DNA of 64,000 bases from a virus: IMG/VR virus record IMGVR_UViG_3300045988_100160, positions 804 through 64,803 of that record; one strand, written 5' to 3'. The notes beneath the pieces were generated by a model. It did no database searches and was not told the DNA's origin. It saw nothing but the letters and a program-made list of their open reading frames with translations. Shown one piece after another: positions 1 through 7,554 of the stretch (position 1 is its first letter; each line of letters opens with the position of its first letter). The position numbers and the translations under genes are program-made.

Positions 1-105
1 TTATTAATTAACATCTAAAATTTTCGATATGGTTTCTGCTGGTGATGGTTGCAATCGTATTGTATGCAATCGAATTTCACGCAACGATTTTTCAAATGAA
101 TATAT

Positions 106-187
106 GAACATATGTTCAAACATCAGTTATCTGAATATGTGTTCATATGAGCATACGTTCAGATGAAAAACATATGAATAACTGTTC
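106..187. promoter_or_regulatory. three SOS-box-like palindromes (GAACATATGTTC 106-117; GAATATGTGTTC 133-144; GAATAACTGTTC 176-187)
   Basis: Read directly from the sequence. The core matches the Firmicute LexA operator shape GAAC-N4-GTTC, and the copies share a CATATG flanking context. Confidence 0.55.
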
Positions 188-590
188 ATGTATTCATCCA
201 TGACTAAAATGCATGTATGCACATATATTCATATAAGATATATAACATTGGTTGTATACAATTAAATTGTAGTGTTCCGCTGGTTTTATCGTATTGATAA
301 TATTTCTCATTCTTGTAGCGGTATATAGTGATGTCTACTATAGAGAGACAAAACATAGATATATGTACACCAAAACAAACAAACGCAAAAAAGCGACAAA
401 ATGCATATGTTATAAAATCGTGTATTTTCGCTTGTATGCTCGTGTACCACTCTAACGTATAATCATAAGGGGAACACTCGAAAACGCTCGTATAACTCAA
501 ATAATGCAACTTTTATTTGAGAACAATTATCAACTACGCTGGCTTTTCTCATTTGTAGATGCTAATTGAGAATACAACGGCAAAACTAAA

Positions 591-610
591 GGCGGTACTT
601 GTGTACCGCC
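591..610 (-). terminator. rho-independent terminator hairpin after 617..904
   Basis: Stem ggcggtac / loop ttgt / stem gtaccgcc, with T-rich flanks on both strands, directly after the stop codon. Confidence 0.7.
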
Positions 611-616
611 GTTGTT

Positions 617-904
617 TTATTCAAAATCTTCCAATTCTTCCATTAAATCACATTTATAGTCATTATCGACATTGTCTATTAAATACTTTACATACTCATC
701 TAAATTATTTTCAATGTCTTCGATGATCTCGTAAGGGTCTACATGTTCCCCTATGTTAGTATGGACTAAATCCAATAATACTTCCTCTAGTTGATACTCT
801 TGAGATAATTCGAGAATAGTTTTACTATTGCCGTCAGCGTAACCAATTAAAAACTCGATTAAATCTTGAGCGTTATATTCTTGTTCTATTGTAAAATACA
901 TCAT
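617..904 (-). CDS. hypothetical small highly acidic protein (95 aa)
   Basis: Track ORF with a GAAAGGA RBS upstream of ATGATG. The product is very D/E-rich. Confidence 0.6.
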   Translation of the reverse strand: MMYFTIEQEYNAQDLIEFLIGYADGNSKTILELSQEYQLEEVLLDLVHTNIGEHVDPYEIIEDIENNLDEYVKYLIDNVDNDYKCDLMEELEDFE

Positions 905-935
905 AACGTTTTATCCTTTCTAATTCTGATAATGT

Positions 936-957
936 GGCGGTAGTGATCACTACCGCC
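936..957 (-). terminator. perfect 22-bp palindromic hairpin after 967..1245
   Basis: ggcggtagtga/tcactaccgcc lies between two minus-strand genes. Confidence 0.55.
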
Positions 958-966
958 AATATTTTC

Positions 967-1245
967 CTAGATGTGCAAAATTACCTTTTCCACCTTCCAA
1001 TTATACCAATCTAGGCGAACGCCTAAATCAATACCATCTAAGCAATTTCCAAAGAGACTGCAGCCACAAGCGTTTACATTAAAATATTTTTGGTCGGTGT
1101 TAGTCTCATAAGTTCGCTGAGTTTCTGTAAAAGGCTTTTCCCAATTATCCTTACTATAGATAATTGTAATTTTCTTATGAGTATCGTATAAGTCATTATT
1201 ATATACGTACTCGCTTAATGCTGATAAACTAGAAAATCCTTTCAT
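967..1245 (-). CDS. hypothetical protein
   Basis: Track ORF trimmed to the second ATG (1245), which has an AAAGGGG RBS 8 nt upstream. The first ATG has none. Confidence 0.5.
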   Translation of the reverse strand: MKGFSSLSALSEYVYNNDLYDTHKKITIIYSKDNWEKPFTETQRTYETNTDQKYFNVNACGCSLFGNCLDGIDLGVRLDWYNWKVEKVILHI

Positions 1246-1443
1246 GAGTTTTACCCCTTTCATATATAATTGTTAAAGACCTACGAAAGATATTTATCAT
1301 CTTTCGTTACACTCATTATACACCTAGAGGAACAATCTGCATAATAGAAAAAATCTATAGCTAGTCATAACTTAAAGCTATACCCCTTGCAGGCGGTACT
1401 CATGAAATTAAATTGCATACAATACAGTTGTACCACATCATAT

Positions 1444-1490
1444 GAATATATGTTCATATGAGTATACATCGGTTATATGAATGTATGTTC
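1444..1490. promoter_or_regulatory. two SOS-box-like palindromes (GAATATATGTTC 1444-1455; GAATGTATGTTC 1479-1490)
   Basis: Read directly. Both carry the same ATATGAAT..TGTTCATATG context as the other copies. Confidence 0.5.
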
Positions 1491-1543
1491 ATATGTTCAA
1501 ACATTCATATGATTGAATACAACTGAGTTGAACACAACTATAT

Positions 1544-1654
1544 CGAAAGTTTTCGTTCTGTAATCCTTTAGTTATCTAAAGTTTTCGAACTGATTGAGAT
1601 TTTTCGATATACTTTATTCATCTAAAGTTTTCAATCTAATCGAAAATTTTGAAT
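1544..1654. repeat. iteron array: 5 copies of (C)TAAAGTTTTCGA-like motif, the last inverted
   Basis: Copies at 1544-1556, 1576-1590, 1596-1610, 1622-1635 and 1641-1654 (inverted). Further copies lie at 15-29 and 62109-62122. Confidence 0.7.
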
Positions 1655-1663
1655 GTATTAAAT

Positions 1664-1677
1664 CGAACATCTGTTCG
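1664..1677. promoter_or_regulatory. canonical Cheo-box-type palindrome CGAACATCTGTTCG
   Basis: Exact match to CGAAC-N4-GTTCG, read directly, immediately right of the iteron array. Confidence 0.6.
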
Positions 1678-2028
1678 CTGGTTGCAGGCGGTCTCGCAGG
1701 TCGTGGCGAACATGTGTGCGGTCAATATGTAATGCCTTGAAAAAACAAACATATGTATCAATATATGAACACATATACATATAAAAAATGGGTGAGATAT
1801 ATATGTATATATACATGTGTAAAATATCGTGGACATATACATATAAATATATACAAATGTAAAAATCCGTGGACAATATCATATATATAAACAATAAAAC
1901 CACCACAGAATTGATTTAAATCGTTTATACGGTGTGTTTATATCCACGGTGGTATATTTGTATACCCCATATGTGAAAACCACCGTACAACGCAAATAAA
2001 TGAATTTCATGGGATGATGCGGTCGTAT

Positions 2029-2040
2029 GAACATATGTTC
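2029..2040. promoter_or_regulatory. SOS-box-like palindrome GAACATATGTTC
   Basis: Perfect GAAC-N4-GTTC core, read directly. Confidence 0.5.
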
Positions 2041-2601
2041 AATCATGGGTGTTGCACCACGGTATCTCAGATGGTTAAAACAAACAGATGTTCGATTGTT
2101 TATTTCTGTGGAAGCATCCATGGTTCGTCAATAGAATAACCCATGAACACACCACAATAAACATTAATAGATAAACACATATATCACCGACACATATATA
2201 CGTTTATTTAATACCACGACATATACAAATAAAAAATACCACCGCATAAAACGTGGACACATAACGAACGTATAATGTATAAGCATATATGCTGCGGATG
2301 CACGATTGTTTCATGCAGGTGTTCGCCATGGTTTTCTATGCGATGGTATTTGATTTCTGTGACAACAGTAGATGAACGCATGAACATTTCCGTGTGGTGA
2401 ATGGTGGTATGATTGCCTGCGTGATGTGTTTGGGATGCATCACACAATGAATGTGGTGTTTGCCATGCGTTTGCAACCTGTTGTCTATATGTATGATAAC
2501 ACAAGACGGTTTGTGTTGTCAACAACCAATGTGTTTTTCTTGGGTTTTATTTTTTGAAATCTTGTTTTTTATTTTTTGGTTTTTAATTTTTTGGATTTGG
2601 G

Positions 2602-3021
2602 TCATTGGTTTTTGGTTATGCCACATAGGTCTTGAATTAGGAAGCTGTAAGTGTCAAGACATTGGATGCCAATATTGTTTGTTGACTCGTCGACAAAAAC
2701 ATAGATTGCATTTTTCATATATATCGTGTTTTCTGTAAAGTTGGTGACTACGCCGATATAGACATGTTTATCATTAGACCGTGCCAAAGCGATATCTCCA
2801 TCTCTAAGATAACCGTATTTAGTTCTTAACGTAGCAACTGTCGGTAAATCGTCTACGGACTTCTCCACAGGTTTCCCATTGAATAACATTGTGCTAGCTT
2901 TAATGAAATTTGAAGTCTTATTTTCAGGTTTTAAAAACAATGACTTTAAACATTCGATGTTCTCTGGTGTCACTTCTAGTTTTAATTTTAGTGTTCCCAT
3001 AGAGTCGTTTTTGGTTTTCAT
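2602..3021 (-). CDS. hypothetical protein
   Basis: Track ORF trimmed to ATG 3021, preceded by tACAGGAGGacta. This removes the overlap with the upstream gene. Confidence 0.6.
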   Translation of the reverse strand: MKTKNDSMGTLKLKLEVTPENIECLKSLFLKPENKTSNFIKASTMLFNGKPVEKSVDDLPTVATLRTKYGYLRDGDIALARSNDKHVYIGVVTNFTENTIYMKNAIYVFVDESTNNIGIQCLDTYSFLIQDLCGITKNQ

Positions 3022-3022
3022 C

Positions 3023-3739
3023 TTAGTCCTCCTGTACGATTTTAAACCATTCTTTATAAAAATTGTCTCCGACTGTTCCAATGAACACTTTTTCATAAAA
3101 GTCGGATATAGCAATTTTTTCCACCGTAGCTTGTTTTACTTTTGTCGGAGGTGTAGTCTTAATATCATTATATAATACTTCTGCTTCGACTTCAACTTGA
3201 GTGCCACTTGGTAATAACGCCTGCAGCTCATCCACAGTAAAATCTGTAGTGTGATACCATTTGTTTGGCTCTAAAGCTACCTGATTGATTAATTCCAAGT
3301 TTTCCTCAGAAGCAAACCATCCGCCATTACACTCAACACCGTCACGCTCACGTGTACCAGTCCAACCAAAACGATTATCGTCTAATTCTACGACATAACC
3401 CTCTGGAAAGTTAACACCCTCCATTGGTAATCTAACGATTGTACCTGTGCAATCGTTGTATTTAATAATTACATGGTCGCCAATGTTAAACTTTGGTTTT
3501 GGCTGCACTTTTGGTTCATCTGGGTCAACTGTTGTATAATCAAAAGATTTAATCTGAAGTGGAACTGTTGGTTGTTCTGGTTGTTTTTCTAGGGCATCCA
3601 CCAGCTTGTCAGCATATAGTTTAAACTGAGGTAAGTCCAAAGGCTTGTCTTCTAATAGAGACATTAATATGCAACCTCTTAAGTATGCAACGTAATCAGC
3701 TTTTGTGAAATTCTCTTCTATAACGCTTAAGTAATTCAT
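3023..3739 (-). CDS. hypothetical protein (238 aa)
   Basis: Track ORF trimmed to ATG 3739, preceded by aACAGGAGAaaaaca. Confidence 0.65.
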   Translation of the reverse strand: MNYLSVIEENFTKADYVAYLRGCILMSLLEDKPLDLPQFKLYADKLVDALEKQPEQPTVPLQIKSFDYTTVDPDEPKVQPKPKFNIGDHVIIKYNDCTGTIVRLPMEGVNFPEGYVVELDDNRFGWTGTRERDGVECNGGWFASEENLELINQVALEPNKWYHTTDFTVDELQALLPSGTQVEVEAEVLYNDIKTTPPTKVKQATVEKIAISDFYEKVFIGTVGDNFYKEWFKIVQED

Positions 3740-3753
3740 ATGTTTTTCTCCTG

Positions 3754-4056
3754 TTAAAAACGTGTAATAAAAACCTCGAACCAATCATTTGTTCTGCCAG
3801 ACTCGGCTACCGAGATTATATCTTTTAATGTTTCAATCGATGCCTGATAAATAACCATCTCAGTCTTATTACTTGAATAAGACTGCTGTTTTTCTTGTGC
3901 ATCGTGCAACCATTGGTGTAAGAACGGAATATCTACCTTATGTTCCATACTATTCCAATCAAGGTGTTCATTTGCATATTGTTCTACCTCTGAGATAAGA
4001 AAAGCATAATGCAAGTATGGACATCGCCTGTCTTTCCTAAAGATGTAAACCTCCAT
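3754..4056 (-). CDS. hypothetical protein
   Basis: Track ORF with an ACAGGAGG RBS. Confidence 0.6.
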   Translation of the reverse strand: MEVYIFRKDRRCPYLHYAFLISEVEQYANEHLDWNSMEHKVDIPFLHQWLHDAQEKQQSYSSNKTEMVIYQASIETLKDIISVAESGRTNDWFEVFITRF

Positions 4057-4067
4057 ATATCCTCCTG

Positions 4068-4382
4068 TTAATCAATTTGAGTGTATATTGTTTTATGCCC
4101 ATCATTAATATATTTTTTAATCTGACATAGTTGCGTTACTTCGTCAGGGAATATCAATGGGTCTCTTGGGTTTGCTAATGGACTGCGAGTTAATGTTCCA
4201 TCTTCACAAGCCTGCAACAAACGTGCCACCAAAGAACCATCAATAATGTATTCCTCATTTGGTTGAAAGTCACGAAGATTATCTCTGAAAAATCTTCCGA
4301 CATTTCTATTGTAGATACTAAAGTGTGCCACAGGGATAACTCTGTGGTTTACAAACACATAAAACTCGTTATATAATCCCAT
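4068..4382 (-). CDS. hypothetical protein
   Basis: Trimmed to ATG 4382 after cACAGGAGGacta. TAATG overlap with the upstream stop. Confidence 0.6.
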   Translation of the reverse strand: MGLYNEFYVFVNHRVIPVAHFSIYNRNVGRFFRDNLRDFQPNEEYIIDGSLVARLLQACEDGTLTRSPLANPRDPLIFPDEVTQLCQIKKYINDGHKTIYTQID

Positions 4383-4783
4383 TAGTAGTCCTCCTGTGGA
4401 TTGATACCATAATCCAATGGATTGTATTCTTTTTCTTGAAACACAGTCCATACACGTTTGTCCAAGCGGTTTTCTTTCAAGAATTGATATAACGTATCTT
4501 GCAGTCGTTTTTCCAATTCCTCGTCTTGTTCATCGGTTAATTTATCGTCTAACGCAATATCGTAATCTTCTTCGATTTTGTCGTTCATATCCCACATAAT
4601 TTGTTCTGCATTAAACATATCTGGAATATAATACGATGGATGTCCGATGCATACCGTTGGACAATCAAGGTTTTGACAATCGTCTTCATAGAAATTCTCT
4701 ATGGCATCCTTAATGGTCGCTTGCGGTTCACCACAAGTATCATCGGTTGTCCAACAATATTTAGTTTCATCTAAGATATACAT
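4382..4783 (-). CDS. hypothetical acidic protein
   Basis: Track ORF with an ACAGGAGG RBS. The product is D/E-rich. Confidence 0.6.
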   Translation of the reverse strand: MYILDETKYCWTTDDTCGEPQATIKDAIENFYEDDCQNLDCPTVCIGHPSYYIPDMFNAEQIMWDMNDKIEEDYDIALDDKLTDEQDEELEKRLQDTLYQFLKENRLDKRVWTVFQEKEYNPLDYGINPQEDY

Positions 4784-4799
4784 TAGATTTCCTCCTGTG

Positions 4800-5126
4800 C
4801 TATTTAAAGCATTTTAACATCAGTATTGTAAATGAAACACAAGCCAGTACCAATGTTACAACTGTTCCCAAGGGAACATATCTTGTGTTATACTCAAAAC
4901 CACCAATAACGTGGGCTGCTTTTTGTTGAATGGCTTCGTTTGCCCACTTCCTGTTAAACTTTTGCCATGAAATATCCCATCTAGCATCACTCAGCTTATC
5001 TTTTGTTTCTTTTAAGTCATGTTGCAAGTCTTTAATATAGGCATCCTTGGCGATAATCACTTGGTTTTGTTCTTCGATTGTTTTATACAGGTGTTGTTTA
5101 TCATTTGATAATTCCATCGTTTTCAT
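4800..5126 (-). CDS. coiled-coil protein with C-terminal transmembrane anchor
   Basis: Track ORF. ATG 5126 has a GAAAAGG RBS. The C-terminus is the hydrophobic LGTVVTLVLACVSFTILML. Confidence 0.55.
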   Translation of the reverse strand: MKTMELSNDKQHLYKTIEEQNQVIIAKDAYIKDLQHDLKETKDKLSDARWDISWQKFNRKWANEAIQQKAAHVIGGFEYNTRYVPLGTVVTLVLACVSFTILMLKCFK

Positions 5127-5253
5127 CAACCTTTTCTACCAATAAGTATTCAATATCTGCAAAAGCTAAGAGTTGTAAAAAGTACATTGGTTCTTCTTTT
5201 GTGTACAAAGTCTGTAATTTTTTATTGGCTTGTTTAAAAGCGATTTTATACAT
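5101..5253 (-). CDS. small ORF (50 aa), below the track cutoff
   Basis: Hand translation gives MYKIAFKQANKK...DGIIK. AAGAGG RBS, and TAATG overlap with the stop of 5253..5597. Confidence 0.4.
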   Translation of the reverse strand: MYKIAFKQANKKLQTLYTKEEPMYFLQLLAFADIEYLLVEKVDENDGIIK

Positions 5254-5597
5254 TATAATACCTCTTGCTCTAAATGGGTTTCAAACAATTTCAAAAACTG
5301 TAGTTCCGCATTTGGGTCGCCACATTGGTCGGTATCATACATTACTTGGTCTTCTAAAGTCAGTAATGATAGTCCATACGCATATGTAGTCAATTCACCG
5401 CTATTGCGAATAAACATTAGCTTTGTATATGGTTTAATTTCACCAAAGAAAGACATGTTATGAGTATACATAATCATGTGACCTTGTGGCAATGTAATAG
5501 AATATACAGAATACATTTGATTGTGTTTGTCATCGATATAACTGTAGATGTTCTCAACTGTTGTGTCGATTTGTTTTAATAATTGTGTACGTTTCAA
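5253..5597 (-). CDS. hypothetical protein (TTG start)
   Basis: Track ORF with ACAGGAGG 8 nt upstream of a TTG start. Confidence 0.55.
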   Translation of the reverse strand: MKRTQLLKQIDTTVENIYSYIDDKHNQMYSVYSITLPQGHMIMYTHNMSFFGEIKPYTKLMFIRNSGELTTYAYGLSLLTLEDQVMYDTDQCGDPNAELQFLKLFETHLEQEVL

Positions 5598-5618
5598 TGG
5601 TTTTCCTCCTGTGTAAAG

Positions 5619-6152
5619 TCAAATATTAAACTCAATCTTTAAACTTTTATGTTCAAATGCACGAATTAATTGGTCTTCATATGTGTTGATAACGATTTGT
5701 CTTGCGTCTTTTAATGCATCCCTGATAGTCTCAAGTTGGTCTATTGTATATTCTTGAGTGTCACACAATCTGTACACTTTAGAGTGTATATCTTTATACA
5801 GTAAAACCGAATTATCAACATTAGAGATACACCAATCATTTTCCAAATATATCGTACCACAGAACTGCAATATCGTCAATAAATTATCTGAATCAAACTT
5901 AACGGAAATCTTTGGTTGTCCATTAGACCAGCATTGTCTCATGGTTGTTACAATTAAATCTGGCACATTATCAGACCAGAACTGATTGCGACCCAAAGTG
6001 ATGCCATTAAGTTTCATGGGTAATGTCTTTGGGATGATAACATCTGCACCATACTGATTGATACTGCTATAGACGATTTGTTGAGACATATACTCATTGA
6101 AAATGTCTGTCTCAGGCTGTATGGGGTCTAATCTCAAGTATGTTACTTCCAT
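5619..6152 (-). CDS. hypothetical protein
   Basis: Track ORF with an ACAGGAGC RBS. Its start overlaps the upstream stop. Confidence 0.65.
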   Translation of the reverse strand: MEVTYLRLDPIQPETDIFNEYMSQQIVYSSINQYGADVIIPKTLPMKLNGITLGRNQFWSDNVPDLIVTTMRQCWSNGQPKISVKFDSDNLLTILQFCGTIYLENDWCISNVDNSVLLYKDIHSKVYRLCDTQEYTIDQLETIRDALKDARQIVINTYEDQLIRAFEHKSLKIEFNI

Positions 6153-6577
6153 TATTTCTGCTCCTGTGACTCTACATGTGGTTTTTCATGTTTATCAGCG
6201 AGTGTTAAACACTTGTCGCACACGGTCTCCAACTGCTTTCTAACCAAAGTAACTGCTTGGTCTAATTCTTTAATTACTTGTTTGACACACTTCAGGTCTT
6301 CTTTTGTTAATTGGTCGGTGTCTGCATTTGGCAACAACAAAACAATGTCTTTGACTGTCTTGATTTGTTTCCACTCGACAATCTGTTGTTGTAAAGCTTC
6401 AAAGGATAATGTGTGCTCACCTACAGCATTTAAAATCTCTTGATACATTAAATATCGTAAATGATTTAATACTACATTGTCTTCTTTGTGAGAGCCAATG
6501 TTGTCTGCCATACGGTCAATATACAGCGTAAGTGGATAACCTGCCATAGAATTTACTAAGATGTCTTTATTACTCAT
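6152..6577 (-). CDS. hypothetical protein
   Basis: Track ORF with a GGAGG RBS. Confidence 0.65.
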   Translation of the reverse strand: MSNKDILVNSMAGYPLTLYIDRMADNIGSHKEDNVVLNHLRYLMYQEILNAVGEHTLSFEALQQQIVEWKQIKTVKDIVLLLPNADTDQLTKEDLKCVKQVIKELDQAVTLVRKQLETVCDKCLTLADKHEKPHVESQEQK

Positions 6578-6614
6578 TCCAACCTCCGTTTTCTAATTCG
6601 TAATCAATTTCTTG

Positions 6615-6851
6615 TTATCTTTGCTCGGCGTATAACCGACTATAGTACTTTTGTTTACACGTTGTTGTGCAAAACCGATGATTATGACTTTTAGGTGTAA
6701 ACCAACGTCCGCAGCAATCGCATTGTTTCATATGTTTTCTTCGTTCGGCTTCACGTTGATAAAACCCAATCAGAAAATCTTCTGGTACCGCTGGATGTGG
6801 TCTACCGTCAAAACAAGATTTATCTTGCAGAAATTCTGGCAACTTAGACAT
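6615..6851 (-). CDS. small Cys-rich zinc-ribbon-like protein
   Basis: CDCCGRW...HRFCTTTCKQKYY cysteine pattern, with an ACAGGAGG RBS. Confidence 0.55.
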   Translation of the reverse strand: MSKLPEFLQDKSCFDGRPHPAVPEDFLIGFYQREAERRKHMKQCDCCGRWFTPKSHNHRFCTTTCKQKYYSRLYAEQR

Positions 6852-6995
6852 GTGTCCACCTCCTGTTATAACTCAAATGTTTTTCGTTGTGTTTTATTTT
6901 TGTAGCCACGGTTTTGAACCAATGCAGCTTCATAGTTGCTGAGAAAGTCTTCACGAAAGTTGTGTTTGTGTCTAAACTTAATTTAAAAAGCATAA

Positions 6996-7211
6996 TTATT
7001 TCTCCTGTTCATTTAATTCATTTCTAATAATGTCACGCACCATTGCACAATACCATGCACAGTATGGGTCGTGTAATAATTTGGCTTGTTCTTGCCATAA
7101 TTCTTGTAATTGTTCTTTGGTCTTCCTTGGCTTTTCAGCCTGTTTTAATAACTTGCGACCAGCTTTGATTGACTTGGTAATTTTCTTTAATTCCTTTTCT
7201 GTTGGTTGCAA
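6996..7211 (-). CDS. hypothetical K/E-rich protein; TTG start directly follows an in-frame TAG
   Basis: Track ORF. There is no internal ATG until residue 57. It is contiguous and in frame with 7212..7412. Confidence 0.4.
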   Translation of the reverse strand: MQPTEKELKKITKSIKAGRKLLKQAEKPRKTKEQLQELWQEQAKLLHDPYCAWYCAMVRDIIRNELNEQEK

Positions 7212-7412
7212 CTACATCACCACCAAGTTTTCTTCCAAAGCCACGCTCAAGGCGAATGCTGCACTATCACAATCCCATTTGATTGCATTACCAATTAATG
7301 TTCTTGCCGATTGTTGTTCTTGCGGTGTCAAGCGAATACCATCTTGTGTTGCTGCCTTAATGGTTCGCACTCGCTCATCGCAATTTCTTCTGATTTCATT
7401 TCTTGGGTTCAC
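7212..7412 (-). CDS. hypothetical protein
   Basis: Track ORF with an ACAGGAGG RBS. Confidence 0.5.
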   Translation of the reverse strand: MNPRNEIRRNCDERVRTIKAATQDGIRLTPQEQQSARTLIGNAIKWDCDSAAFALSVALEENLVVM

Positions 7413-7554
7413 TTTTTGTTCCTCCTGTAATAATAAAACCCCAGATTGTTTAATGTTTAACAGGTGTTTTCCTTACCTGTTGATTACATTATATCAGTTG
7501 GGGTTTTGTGTGTCAACAACTTTTTTACAAAATTTTGACTTTTTTATTTTGCTA

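Larger units (their letters stand above)
1..616. repeat. ORF-poor AT-rich repeat island A (SOS-box-like palindromes, AAAATTTTCGA motif, gcaatcg repeats)
   Basis: The only track ORF here (204..509) is compositionally odd (Y/C/I/F-rich) and has no RBS. Short motifs repeat, and 31-65 and 485-617 resemble 62421-62455 and 62718-62876. Confidence 0.7.
1264..2601. repeat. ORF-free repeat island B (SOS-box-like palindromes, AAAGTTTTCGA iterons, ACCACCG/TGTCCACG motifs, phased T-tracts)
   Basis: Track ORFs here (1636..2121, 2208..2525, 2451..2738) are low-complexity (Y/I/H/C/F-rich), overlap each other and lack RBSs. Short repeats are dense. Confidence 0.75.

Noticed and set aside
1810-2260. DnaA boxes (TGTCCACG versus TTATCCACA)
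   Set aside because: Only 6-7 of 9 positions match the consensus, and there are just three copies. That is too weak to call, so they are mentioned only as a motif family.
1440-2300. CRISPR-like array in the repeat islands
   Set aside because: The repeats are short (12-20 bp), palindromic, of several different families and irregularly spaced. There is no repeat-spacer periodicity and no cas genes.
1-2601. Linear-plasmid telomere (telRL-type) interpretation of the palindromes
   Set aside because: There is no protelomerase-sized gene in the window, and the palindromes are short, multiple operators rather than one long hairpin-forming site.
204-2738. Track ORFs inside the repeat islands (204..509, 1636..1842, 1658..1906, 1879..2121, 2208..2525, 2451..2738) considered as genes
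   Set aside because: Their composition is strongly biased and low-complexity (Y/I/C/H/F runs). They overlap one another, lack RBSs, and coincide with repeated DNA motifs. I treat them as non-coding.
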